The notes beneath the pieces were generated by a model that saw only the letters and a list, made by a program, of their open reading frames with translations, did not search any database and was not told where the DNA came from. A DNA stretch of 62,973 nt, counting the filler, from Sphaeroforma arctica JP610 (Eukaryota), in the NCBI RefSeq assembly GCF_001186125.1. It is 6 parts of 2 records of this genome, joined end to end, with 100 filler letters (N's around TTAATTAATTAA, not from the genome) between each part and the next. Parts side by side here need not be neighbours in the genome. Positions count along the whole stretch, not along the records: positions 33,296 to 40,570 come from NW_014040547.1; positions 40,671 to 58,861 come from NW_014040547.1; 4 more parts are not named here. The stretch is one strand, 5' to 3'. Positions 38,827 through 51,735 of this stretch are shown here, piece by piece (the first letter of the stretch is position 1; every line of letters begins with the position of its first letter). The translations under genes and the position numbers were made by a program.

Positions 38827-40670
38827 TAATGATATATTTAAATATATAGATATATACTATCTTTCCCTGTGATCCGGCTCCGAGTTCTCTTTCTCGCGAT
38901 CTCGAGATTATCAGGAGCTTAAACCTACTACAATATACTTGTACGGATAACCTGTCCTCTCGTTCTGCACTATCTAATATATATTTATATAAATCTCTCA
39001 CTACACATACACATGCGGCCGAGTGAGTATGGGTGGGTGGGGATAATTGTTAATATTTACTTCTGTTGAAATGCGTAATCATTGTATGTATCATTTCAGT
39101 GACAGGCTGACAGCACTGACAGGTCACAGGCCTACAGTATCGTTCTCTATTAATTCGATATTTAACTCCTCTCTCTGTCGTGCAGTCTTGCGTGAATACA
39201 AAATTGGACTTTTATTGGTCAAGAGGCGAGCCAGGCTATGGCAACGGATATCAAAAATCGTATTAATTTTATAAAAATGTGATAAATAGCATCATTACGT
39301 TTCACGTTATAGAACGTACAGTAATACGTTCAAGGCACAAATGTATATTAACTAAAAACAAATAATTATCAATATTTCATCTGTTTACGTTCAACGTATA
39401 CATTGAACTACCATAACGTATGAGGTTTTGTAATTATGTTTTCAGTATTTCACACGAAGTTATAAAACAGGGCGAGTCATCCATACACTCATTCCTCAAT
39501 TTGTGATTAAATGTGGTTTAAAAAGGTACATATGTATTCGATATATTTATATATATTGCAGTTACACGTCTTTATGAGGTTGTTGCTTTGTATCAATCGT
39601 CAATACATCGTGCTAGTAGTGTAGTAGCTCATGGTAATTATCTTTAGCTGCTTTTATGGTTCACTGTATACCGCCGTCAGTGTTCCGGCACGTCGCAATC
39701 ATGTTAATTTAATTTGTGTACAGCCAGCGAGTCAAAGAAAGGCGCGATGGTTGCAGTACTCCTTCTTAACCGATCCCTAACACGGCGTGTGGTGGAAAAA
39801 AAAGTTTCTCAGCCGTTAGTTAGATGTGTGTGTTCGTATTTTTCAAACAGCCCCTGTGCATGAGGGTTGTCCTTCCACGAATCTCGATCACTTCGATCGC
39901 TCTCACTTAGAGTGCGCTCTCACAACCCGAGTACCGCACTTTCGACACATGTCGTAATGTAAGAGCTGAAGTGTGTATAGCATTATCCAAAGTTAGGCCT
40001 GATACTTGGAAATGGTAACAGACGCTAACCATTATTTAATTCTCAGGACCATATATGTCCTTTCCAAGGAAAAAGTACAGTATCTTCTGCATGGTCCTGT
40101 CAAAAGTAGTTGAGATCTTCGGTGAGTGCAGGTGGTTCCTGCGAGGCCAGTGACTCCACAGCAGCAGCCTGCAAATGTTAGTTTCAGGAATCGATTAAAC
40201 ATGTGCACATTGTACAGTGACTGTCTCAGCTAACGTGGCGACGTATTTCGCAAATGAGATTCAATGGACGTTTTTCGACAAAATTTATGTTCAGTATGTT
40301 CCCCTGCTCCATGGATTCTTATTGTCAGAGATGCGAAAAGCATACCTCCTTCTTGCGAGAATCAATGAGAAGACCATTGATAGCGGCGAGTTCACGCTCT
40401 ACGTCCTGCCTCAGCGTCATTTCTAACAGGACGAAAGAATTGCAAGAATTTAGATACACTTGCTCGAACAGCACAGCTTGCGATTTGAAGCTATATTTGT
40501 GCATAACTATGTATGCTTGTGCATGTATATACCAGTATTGATATATTCAATTTATATATACATATGCATGNNNNNNNNNNNNNNNNNNNNNNNNNNNNNN
40601 NNNNNNNNNNNNNNTTAATTAATTAANNNNNNNNNNNNNNNNNNNNNNNNNNNNNNNNNNNNNNNNNNNN

Positions 40671-41560
40671 GACCCGTTTTTCCTTTCTCACTTTTTGACC
40701 CATAATCAGCTTGAGTGAGCAACTTGCTTCTCTTGGTTCTCAATGCTGGGTGGAGGCTGTGTACTAAGCCGGGCCTCCACATTAGACCAGCTCCAACCGC
40801 TGCTTCGAGCCTACACCAACCCGGCTCTGTGCTACGATTGTATCGAATACGTACTTGTTCACATTGCTCGACTACCGCACCGTCTGCCCTGTCTGCCTCA
40901 GTGGCCACAAATACACCACCAACCTCTTTGCCTACTTCCAACAATTGGTCCGACGCGTTCTGGTCGGCCCGAAACTGCCTTCCATTGGCCCTGACCTCCT
41001 CGAGCAAATACAGGAGCGCCGTGATTTCCATGGAATCTGGACCCTCCACGACCACCTTCTAAAACTCACATTCCCACACCCGTCTCTGACACATCAACAG
41101 ATGTTCCCCATACCTCGGCGAATCATGCTGTTGTGTAAAAGTCGGTCTCCTCTAGGCTTACTATACGATACCAAGACGTTTACGTTAATAAGACAATACG
41201 CTAATACGTTAAAATGCAAAATGTTAAATAAGTTTAGCTTCAGCCCTTGGTAATGAGCAAAAGATTAGGGGATTTTAGACTGAGACTATTGTCTATATGC
41301 TCCGCTCTAATCACTCACTACTTCGGTCTAGATTTATTTCTATTTTAGTTACTAAGACCAGATATCATTTCATTGGACGCTTAGTTTACATTTCACGTCT
41401 CGAAACAATCACCTAATCAAACTAACCAATAAAATACCTCTAAGTCCAACTTAAGAAAATCAAAATAAAATCAAAACACCAAGCTGGTGCAGTATACATC
41501 TGCACCTAGACCCCATCACTTGGTACCTAGCTCCCCATCCCATTTAAGGCATAGACGGGC
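40671..41560 (-). mobile_element. Copy of a dispersed repeat family (LTR- or retroelement-like)
   Basis: 40800-41090 is similar to 42230-42560. 41180-41560 is the reverse complement homolog of 49930-50220. Confidence 0.7.
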
Positions 41561-41959
41561 ACATCTAGTTGGCTGGCTAGGAGGAATCAAAACCATGTCG
41601 TCCTAAATTCTAACAACTCTGATCCTGTCCTTTTCTCAGAGGATTATCTTGCTCTGAGATCAATATCGAATTATACCATAGGTTTGTACCAACAACCATT
41701 TCATGCCTGAGACTCTCTCTCAAGGTACTCCCATTAATTAGAGATTCCCAAAGTGTCATTTTCAGGTGTCAGATTGGTGTCGTTCCTATATTCGGTACAA
41801 TTCTAATTTCAGTGGAAAACCCAATCCATATTTGGAAAGCCACCTAGTTGTCCACAGTAGAGTCCCATACTCTACTGAGTACTGTCACATGTTCAGAATC
41901 TTGAATTTCTCAGTTTTTGTTCATGTCCAATTCGTTAAACGTATTCCAGTATTATATGT

Positions 41960-42760
41960 ATAAACGCTAATACGTTTATACGTTTTTAATATACGTTAAC
42001 TGTGCAACTACTATTAGGAACCCGCTATTTTTACAGTTGGTACTAGCTCCAAATTTCGGTCCAAACCAAATCATCGCGATCCAGGTCAACCAGTACATAC
42101 TGAGTGCATCCGTGGTCTGGTGCGGCATCGGTTTAAACCCAACCTTGCTCCTCAACCGAATTATGACGGATAACCTGGCCGGGTAAACCGCCAACCTCAA
42201 ACCGAGACAAAGCCAGACACGACAGCTTCAACTGCTGCCTCAATCCTACACCAACCCGGCTCTGTGCTATGATTGTAACGAATACGTACATGTTCACATT
42301 GCTCGACTACCGCACCGACGGCTGTCTCTGCCCTGTCTGCCCCGGTAGCCTCAAGTTCACCACCAGCCACTTATCCTGCATCCAACAACTGATTCGACGC
42401 ATCCTGGTAGGCCCGAAACTGCCGCCCATTGGCCCTGGCCTCCTCCAGCAATTACAGGAGTGTCACGACTTCCACGGTATCTGGACCCTCCACGAACACC
42501 TTGGATCTTTCTCCAGCATGTAGAAGAACCACCGTGCCATCACCCGTCTCTGACACATCCTAAAACCATAGAGGTGGGTGCGCTACTTAGAAGGTCAGCA
42601 AGCAAATACGTGGCACATTCAATGGTGTCAGTTTTTTGTCAGCACCGACCTAAATTTACCCAGCCAAACGGCAATTTACTGACCACTTCTTCCCATCGAT
42701 CTTCCCCAAACCACTACAACGGCTATGAGAGCCATACCATATGTGCACATATTGTAACTT
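41960..42760 (-). mobile_element. Copy of the dispersed repeat family
   Basis: Shares GGTCAGCAAGC(A/G)AATA with 57304 and 58821, and GACCACTTCTTCCCATCGATCTT..CCATACCATATGT with 57420 and (inverted) 60385-60490. Confidence 0.75.
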
Positions 42761-43529
42761 ATCTCCTTTGCAATAAAAATTAATATCCTTATGCCTGTCT
42801 GTGTACAATAAAAATATGAGATACACAACGCTACTTGCATTGCTGTATATGGAAATGGCTAGTCTCAAATCCCGTACAGTTGAGTCCACACAAGTTCCCG
42901 TGTCAGGTTAGCAATCAACACAAGATTATTGATTGTAAAGCCAACACATCTGAGGTAGACAGATAGTATTGGAAAATTGCTATGTAGACAGGCATATTGT
43001 AGGATACATACACTGTCCATACATCTTCAGTGCAGTAGATATAGGCCTGCAAGAATGGCAATGTGAGAATTTTACTAATATTCATATTTAAATGGACAGA
43101 GTTGCGGATAAAAGCTTGATGTGTAAGCACAACACAAACATGCAGCCGGAACCTGTTCCTACAATAGAGGACCTGTAAATTTGAACCAACGCTGTTCTCT
43201 GACAAATATTTAGCCGGGTTACTTCAATCTCTTTAGTATGTGCTGCTTCTTCTGTTGCTTTATTTAAAGTACAACAGTGCACTTTCAATTTCTACAGGCC
43301 ACTGAAATATCGATTTTCACAGACGTAAATTTGCCATTATGTTAATGAGATTTCCCTTCTGACATTCTAAATTATGTACAATGTGTATGCGATATAGAAA
43401 ATACATAGTTGCATGATGCCAACATGGTGATGGAACTGGTTAACATTGGATTAACCAGGCTGACTGTATTAAAAATGAAATACTTAAAAACAATTCAAAG
43501 GGATATTAAGTTTAGCTTCAGTCCTCGGT

Positions 43530-46500
43530 CAGGGAATTTAATACTGGGACTTTTGGCTATCGAGTTTAACCATGCTGTTGTCCCATCCATAAAACGGGTC
43601 TTGTAGTAAGTGTGACCACCTTCGGATGTTTTGTCAATTATACCATTGACTTGTGACTCTATAACTGGGGCATCATAATTAAATGAGCGAGCGAATGAGA
43701 GTTCGGAGGTAGAGATACGGTGAGTGCTTAGATTGGTTGCGCTAGTACCACCTAGGTTATTTATTTCGTAAGTATCACTCTTCTCATCGTGGTAGGGAAT
43801 AACAAAAGGTCCAATTGTCTTAGAAGAGAGTTCGCTAATTTGGCATTGGAATTTGTAATGTTAGCGTAATCGCCAACTTCCTAGTGTTATTTCATTGGTC
43901 GTACGCTTTAAGTAGGACGCAATTCCTGTGCTCGAGTAAACAAGGGTAAACAACGTTCTGCTTATGCTCGATCCTTTTTAGCCACGGGGTAACGTGTTTC
44001 TTGGGCGCAGTTTTGTCAAACGTTGCTTGCAATTCACTATAGCGGCCAAAGAAGTAGTGAAACGGAAGTGTTCCAGTTTGAGGATTCATGCAGTTATTTC
44101 TTTGAGTCTGAACCTATTTCGAATGATAAGGCCACATATCCTCAACGTTATCTAGTGCGGTACGAAAAAGATATTTTTTAGTTCTCTATGACGTGTCTAA
44201 TTTGCACCCTACGTTCGAGGTTTATTAGGAACACCATGCCTATGGGTCATGCCTGATACGAGTATAAGTGCCTTCATTACGTCGGTACAAAACTCACTAC
44301 TGTACTCGGGGGAAACCGAAGTTATCAAACATATCACAACTCTGCCACTGTTTGCGGGCGTTTTTGTTCGGTCGCATAAAGAAAGTTATAGCCCGAAGCC
44401 ACATATAAGAAATGACATATGTATACATCGCCAGTATGCTTGGATCGCGGAAGTTCAACCAAATCGGCTATGACTCGGCCCATTGGTTGGTCTTCGGTCA
44501 CAGTTTTTAGAGGTGCCCAACCGTAGCCTTGATCTGATTCTTTTCACAATCAATACAGCGTCGGTAAATTTCACTTATGGGTTCGTTCAGCGCCGGGTGA
44601 TCAAGCCCTGCGCAAATGGCCGTCTTATGAGTATGCTCATATGCTCGATGGGTTCAATTATGTGTGGTTTTAACTCTACTTTCGAGCTCTTCTAAGTGAG
44701 TCAGATTATGAGTAACGCTGGCTGAATGAACAGTAGTCTCGTTAGACAAGGCAACTTCAGCATCAGGAGGGGTAGAACCCTAAGATACATAATTATCAGC
44801 ACTAAACTGTTGAAGTATCTTCTTCAGTTGTTTCGCAACTCCTGGCTGTTCTTTAAGCAGCGCTTTAAGTAGTTGAGCGCGAGCTTCAGATTCGCTTAGA
44901 GCGTTGAGTCTTTAATCCATGGCCTTAGCTAGTTCCATGCTTTTATGATCGAATGCCGCCTCAATCGGCATTACCTCGACTGTTTGTTCAAACACTTTAG
45001 ACTTCTCTAGTTTAGCTAAGAATTCGGTTGAGACTTCTACTTAGTGGTATCTGCAGGACCGATGTGACAAACAATTATGTGTTTCCAAGGTGTCTTCTTT
45101 ATAGAATAGGATCCCTGATACATGAACGTGTCGGTCTCACGGTCATAGATAGGTTCGTCTTATTAATTTTATCACATATCCATGGGTCGGAGCTACGTAA
45201 GGGACAACACAGTGTAAGGGTAGATTTAGTAATATTAACAAAATTTAACAACTGTGCGATAAGTTGCCAAGCTGGGTTAGCCCACGCATTATGCTTTGTT
45301 AAGTCAAGTTGAAAGGCATCACCTTTAGGATGAGTCAATGACCTATATTCAGAACCCTGCTTGTTATATTCTGCGGCGAATATATCAACAGTAAATGAGC
45401 CCCATCGTCATTGAGCGAGGTTAAATTATTTGTTATTAAGCATCCAATTGGTTGCTAATAACTCTTTGACTGTTTTCTGGTAGTCAGAGACAAGTCGAGA
45501 GAGTATGTCAGGAAGATAGTTATGTATTCCTGGTATGTGTGTAATATTAAAAGCGAACTTCGCAATAATGTCATGCTAGCGGCTCACCAACTGTGAATCA
45601 AGGTTCCTGTCCTTTAAGTATGCTAAAGACTTTTGATCACAGGCGACAGTGAATTAACTTCCCTAAAGGTAGTCTTTAAACTTCCTTGGCGCTGTAACTA
45701 TAACAAGGAGCTCTTTTTTATCGGTAGGGCAATTCCATTGACTCTTATAACTCTTGCTAAAGAATTGTAAGTAGCGCGGTTTACCATTTATCGTTCGGTA
45801 AAGCCCTCCACCTACCGCTCGATCTGAAGCGTCGGTCGCTACTTGGAATGGGACGTCATCTACAGGGTATTTCACGGTGGGTGCGTTCATCACTTTACTT
45901 TTGACTAGTTTAAATGCATCATCACATTCTTCAGTCCATATTTTCCCAAATGCCCTTTGTGTAGCCGCAGGTTACTGAAAGGATTCAAGTAATGAGAAAG
46001 ATAAGGTACCGAATCTGAGAAGAAGTTAACAAACTCACACACAGAGTTCACATCTCTTACAGTAATCGGTGTTAACAAATCCAACATAAATTGTTCCTTC
46101 CAGGATCAATTTCTACCCCTGCTGCAGATACCTTGTAACCAAGTGTATAGTATATTTAGGAAAAAGAACACTTGTTCTCTTTAATCTTAAGTTTAGCGTG
46201 GTTAAGTCGCTTTAAGACTTCCTTAACGAGTTCATCATGTTCATGTACCGTCTTTATAAAGATATCTGTATCATATAAATAGACTGATACGATATCCGAC
46301 AAGTCCGCATATAGTTCCGTAATTACTTGATGAAAAAATGAAGGTAAAATGTGCAAGCCTTCAGGTGTACCTTCAAACTGGTACTTCTTACCTTGCCAAG
46401 TAAAGGAAAAGTATTTCTTATGAGGCTCATATATCTGTAATTGAGGAGATGCAGCTTTTAAGTCTGTCGTAGAAAGACAGTCGCACCTTTCATTTTGCGC

Positions 46501-48600
46501 AGTATCTCGTTTATCTTAGGTAAGGGAAAACTGTGTTGCGGAATTAGCTTGTTGATTTGTGACAGGTCTAGTATAATACTTGTTTTACTAAACGTTCCAT
46601 CAGACTTATATTGATCGACCACTAGAGAACTAAGTTAACTGGGGATGAATCATAATTGATATCAATTTGACCCTGTTTTAACCAATTTTCTATCTGGGTC
46701 TAGACAACGTCTTTGTGTCTCCAGCATACGTGGTTTTATGAAGGACACTTTAACTTAGAGAATTCGACGTTTGTTAAGTCAAGTTCAACTTACCCGTTAG
46801 AGAACTTGAACATACACCAGTCAGTGATTGCAATCTTCCTGTTTTGTAAAATTAAGCCCAAAATTATATCGGTAAAATGCGGAATCATTTGCTTCACCTT
46901 CTGGAAGGTTAGGTATCTTTAACATATTATCACCTGATCTTTATTCGGGTCTAGCCCATTAGGAAGACCAGTGAGTGTTATACCTAAACTGAGAGGATCA
47001 GTCATACCTATAATGAAGTCGTATTTCTGAGACCAGTCAGTAACAATTAGGTGAGCCTATACCTATCTTCTATCTGACAACATTATGTGTGCATAGTCAA
47101 TGGCTTCGTCGCAAGTGGCAACTTCCAATCTGATAAAAGAAAGCAGGCTGGGAAATCAGAGGATGATCAAGTGTCGACGACGTGGTGCCGATGGTTTCTA
47201 AAGAACAAAATGAAGACGATTCGGACTGAGGTAGATAATTTGTTACATTCAGAGTATGTTCTTTGTTTATCTAAACCCCCGGCGCCGGACTGAAGTCCCA
47301 TTATGGGTATTAATGGCTCGATGAATGGTTAGATAACGAGGGCGGATGAATAAGATAGTCTTGCGATATATTTTGTGACTGCCAAAACATGCAGTACACC
47401 AAGGTTCGCTACTCCTTTTTTGCTGATGTATGTAAGACAGTATCGAATTTACACTTTCATGGCGTTACATCATGTATGCAGCTGTCAAGTACTTTGGATA
47501 TGGACAGATTTGTTTTCATCAGTTTCCAATAAGACTACCTTACTTACAGTATTATTGACGAACCCGGATGGCCGCATGTTTTGAGTCTAACATGACTCGG
47601 CATACAGATTATCTTATTGACTTATCAACCATGGTTGTATTCGATCCATTGACATTTCACAATGCGTGGTGACTGATCGAGACGTTACGTCGCTGCCTCG
47701 AACAACGTTCCAAGTCCCCGAGGTTGACAACAATCACCAATGGAGTTATCATCCACGATGGTATCTGACGAGGAGGTCCCTTGGAAGTCACCGGAGGCGA
47801 AAGTCAACTCAGTCTTACCCAGAAAAGAACTTACTCCGACGCCGCCACCAGATCCTCAGCAAAAGCCTACAGCATCACCAATTGTATTTCGTCGGGATCT
47901 GGTGGCGAAGATGATAAGTGACTACATTATCTAGATTTTTACATTCTGAGCTTCGACTGAAGAAGCAAGGATTGCGAACTTTTCAACACGGAAGGAGCAT
48001 GGAGAATCTAATGGTGGTACGGTTTTAGATCCGCGGTGCCACGACTCGTCTTCAGCTACGCGCTGCATAATAACGTACCCATAGCGCTTTATCTGGGTCA
48101 CTTCGCCGTCATTGCATTCATAATACACTTGTATAAACTGTTTTAAGGTTCGGTCGTACACGTACCTGTTGCAATTTTTCTTGACCCTCGCATTATATAT
48201 ATGGTTAAGAGCATGAATCTGCCTTAATCATTTCAGAACAGCTCTCCCCGGTTGATTTGTAACATCGAAATCAGAAGGTGGGGATTCTAAAACTGCAACA
48301 TCACTTGTACTTGAAGACTCGTCTTGTCCTGCATCGAGTGAAAGATCAAACGTATCTATGCGATTGATGTTTGTTTTGTCCATTAGTTGAGTATCATGAT
48401 CCTATAAATCTGGAAAGTCGTTCATCAGTTGTTTAAGTAGCCTTGCCTCAGCTTCGTTAGTAACTGATAAACGACTTCTTTAATCGTTACCCAACTAGTA
48501 GACAAAGAAGCAGTCGTTGTGAAGAATAGATTGCACTTTTGACTCCACGAGAAGCTGTCAAAACAAATGTGCAAGAAACACAACCAACTCTTAATCCAGG
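43530..48600 (-). mobile_element. Decayed Ty3/Gypsy LTR retrotransposon: (gag/PR) - RT - RNase H - N6-adenine MTase - integrase - chromo-like
   Basis: RT ~46690-46100 (LDLSQINKLIP..FPLPKINEIL..FSTTDL..FSFTWQGKKYQF..TPEGL..VSVYLYD..KCSF). RNase H ~45860-45490 (TDASDRAVGGGL..FFSK..KKELLVIV..FTVACDQKSL..HIPGIHNYLPDILSR). Integrase ~44690-43780 (H-x3-H..CIDC; PMGRVIADLVELP; FGFP..SEFC; GMTHRHGVPNKPRT; PFHYFFGR; GPF). Many stops and frameshifts. LTRs not identified and outer bounds are approximate. Confidence 0.9.
45130..45450 (-). pseudogene. DIRS-type (phage Dam-like) N6-adenine methyltransferase domain within the Gypsy pol
   Basis: In the RNase H frame: NWMLNNK*FNLAQ*RWGSFTVDIFAAEYNKQ...GDAFQLDLTKHNAWANPAWQLIAQLLNFV...TLTLCCPLRSSDPW. 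This matches the pattern W.L...F......WG.FTVDLFA...N / DAF / NPPW / P.W..PW. Confidence 0.8.
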
Positions 48601-49077
48601 ATGCTGGTGACTGAGTTCTAAACTTTCACGTCCCTTAACGTTTGCTTACAATATATATAAAATGCTGCAATAGCTTGATTGTAATATTTGTAAGCTAAGA
48701 ATGTGGTAATCATGTAGGCTTCTACTTGTGAACAATAGAAGATGTATAATAAAAATATATGGCTGGGATTGTAGTATAATTGCAGCTATGTTTGCGCAAA
48801 CAATGAAATATAAGTGGCTGTGTTCAAATTATCTAAATTTGCTGACGTGAGTGATGATAACGGGTTAGAAGGTTTTTATAGCCAGGTAGCTTAAAGTACT
48901 GTTCTAGAGTTTAAGAGTGGCTAATAATATACGACCAAAGGAAACTATAGACCTCGTTTCACGTGCGAATCTTAGGTAAAAGTCAAAGGCTGTGTGATTC
49001 ACATTGAGTCTTCGTTTGTGTTCTGTGGTTCTTCACTAGGCTCAACATCTACTTGGATGTTTGTCTCACACGTAGGG

Positions 49078-49134
49078 CCCCGGTATCACTTTAATCCCGG
49101 TATCACTTTAATCCCGGTATCACTTTAATCCCGG
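49078..49134. repeat. 17-bp tandem repeat, ~3.3 copies
   Basis: CCCGGTATCACTTTAAT x3 plus a partial unit. Confidence 0.95.
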
Positions 49135-49929
49135 TTCTACCGCTAAAATTCTGCTGCCAGACTAATATCAGAAAATTTAGATCCGGCCCCAAAGCTCAGG
49201 ATTTGATAATCCTGGGGTTTGGACTCAGGGTTGTTTTTACTCAGAATCTGGTACCTAGATGCTACATTGAAAATCTTTCCCCGAGTTAAATAGATACCGA
49301 CTCGAGCACAGGTCAAGGCTAACTCCGATGAAAGTGGTTGAGAAATAGATATTCAGGGATCTAAATCAGTTAAATAGCATATAAAAATAGATAATGGTGG
49401 GGACAAGGCTTTTCATGAATTAAAACACCAATCCCAAGAAATTATAGTACAATAAGATGCCACTTCTTCCCCCTACACAAGCTCAGAAGTGCAAAGTTGG
49501 GGACCTGATCATCTAAACTGTATTAGCCAATGAGGCGACTTCACCGATAGTGACTACTACTATCTTCACCGATAGCGAAAGGATATGACGATGAAACTCA
49601 CATTGATCGGAGTGCGTATCATTGCCTTCCAACTGTCAATGGAACTCATCGAAGAAGAGGATGCGAGTTCTGGACTGTCAACTTACGAGCCGGGTTATGA
49701 GAACGAACCGTCACTGGTAGCAAAACGGAAGGATAGTACGCCTCAGAAGGAGGTTCGAAGGATAGTGAGTCGGAGCTAAGCGGTTTAGCAACGAAGAATT
49801 GCTGTTGATCGTAGTGCTCGAAAAAGGTGACAGCCGAATCACAGCATATTACGGAGTCCTACAAATTGAGTGCTCAAACTGGGTTGTTGATACACGAGAT
49901 CTACCAGATCATTCAGCACAAGCTTATTC

Positions 49930-50620
49930 CCGTCTATGCCTTAAATGAGATGGAGAGCTAGATACCAAGTGATGGGGTTCTAGGTGCTGTGGATTTACTG
50001 CACCAGCTTGGTGTTTTGTTATAGGACTTTTTCGAAGCATGAACGCGACCAATGACCAATCTTAGTTGTTGACACCAAATAAATCCAGCGAAGTAGTGTG
50101 ATCAGAGCGAAGCCATATCGACAAAAATCTCAATATGAATTCTCCTATGTTTAGCTCACTACCGTAAACTTAATTTATTTTTCCAATTTAACGGATTTTC
50201 ATCAACTTAACGCTTAGTACCATACAGTCAGCCTGGTTATGCCAACTTTTCAAAATAATCTGCTCAACGAGCAGTTGGCGATGGCGCCTGCTGTGAGGAT
50301 AAGCTTTGACCATAAGTCTCTGAGAAATCTGCTCCGGGGAGACCGATACCCCCCGGAAATTTCGAGGACAAAGGCAATGACGGGTGTGGCATGGTGGTCG
50401 AGTACATACCATGATCCTTCCACGTGCTGGGGGACGGTTAGGTTTGAATGTGGTAGACAGGGCGATGAAACGGAGGGTGACGTTCGAGTGGCCATTAGAT
50501 CAGTGCGACTCTGTTGAAGCGCAACCCATGCTCTCGGTACCGTGTGATTTTGAACGAGCAAGACGAGGGCACGGTGTCGGTGGCCAGAGTAGTACAGTTG
50601 ACACGTGAGCGCCGGACGCA
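49930..50620 (+). mobile_element. Inverted-orientation copy of the dispersed repeat family
   Basis: CCCGTCTATGCCTTAAATGAGATGG..CCAAGTGATGGGG..TGCACCAGCTTGGTGTTTT is the reverse-complement homolog of 41470-41560. The region near 50380-50430 resembles the reverse complement of 42500-42560. Confidence 0.7.
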
Positions 50621-51470
50621 ATGTATATACCCTAAATGGGGTGTGGACAAGTTGACCTAGGCGAATATTTAGGACCGAGCCATCACCAGAGGACCGGACC
50701 TATGAGATTATTTTAGAACAGGGCCAGAGGACCGGACCAGAAATGATTCAGAATGTAGCAAAGAAGACGATAACTCATTTTATGTACCAAGAAAAGATTA
50801 TGACTCTCATACGATGCCATCATAATCTAGCATCTAGCAGACCAAAACCATAAATACGAGTATTTTCACGTAACCCATTGTTCGAGTAAACTTATTTAGA
50901 CTTAACACTTTTTACTAAGCACTACTCAGTTTTGACTACCAGATTGCTGATGAACTTGTTCGCCGTACTAGGCCAACACTACCGCCCAGCAAGGTTCAGT
51001 GAAATCCGCCCAGAAGTGGGATCTTAGCCCGGAAACAGGATCAAAGAAATCCGCCCACGAGTAGTGATCCCAGCATAGATGGTTCAGAGAAATCTACATA
51101 AGATGGGATTATGCGGACTATGGTCGAGGCAGTCGCGAGACTTTTCAGTGTTGTAGTAAATTAGATAATGACTGAACCAACCTATTAAGAAGTTGGTTGG
51201 GTCAGTCATTCACCGCTTGCAAGGCACTGCAGAAAAAAAACAGACAGTTACGGCAGACTCAGGCAAACGGTCGCTCACCGACAACTAGGAGTGATACACG
51301 CTATGTGCCGCATATACATAAGACAATCATAAAGGCGGTAAAAGTGTTCTCAGTTGTTATGGCATGTACGGTATCAGACCGGATACAGGATAACAGCTCT
51401 GTGGAGTGAACGATTTAAAGTGAAGGTGCCACGGCAAAAGCGCAGCACCAGGCCACCGCGCTCCTTTCGA

Positions 51471-51735
51471 GGATGTCCTCGATGTCTTGGAAGGACTGGC
51501 GTGACACTGGCTGAAAGGGTAAATAGGGGAATAGCTCTTGAATATATTTGGTCGCTGCATAACATTTCACGCATGTCTTCTAGGATGTCCTCGATGTCTT
51601 GGAAGGACTGGTGTGACACTGGCTGAAAGGGTAAATGTGGGAGTAGCTCTTGTAGATATTTGGTCGCTGCATAACATTTCACGCATGTCTTCCAGGATGT
51701 CCTCGATGTCTTGGAAGGACTGGTGTGGCACTGGC
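51471..51735. repeat. 112-bp tandem repeat, ~2.4 near-identical copies
   Basis: GGATGTCCTCGATGTCTTGGAAGGACTGG starts at 51471, 51583 and 51695. Confidence 0.95.

Noticed and set aside
45400..45670. RIP/APOBEC-like hypermutation suggested by TGG-to-TAG stops
   Set aside because: Too few sites and no consensus sequence to polarise changes, so it cannot be distinguished from ordinary decay.
43530..48600. Calling the element a DIRS retrotransposon because of the MTase
   Set aside because: RT and RNase H motifs are Gypsy-type, a DDE integrase follows, and no tyrosine recombinase motifs were seen.
49078..51735. 17-bp, 35-bp (34000) and 112-bp repeats as CRISPR-like arrays
   Set aside because: Head-to-tail tandem units with no unique spacers, in a eukaryotic context with no cas genes.
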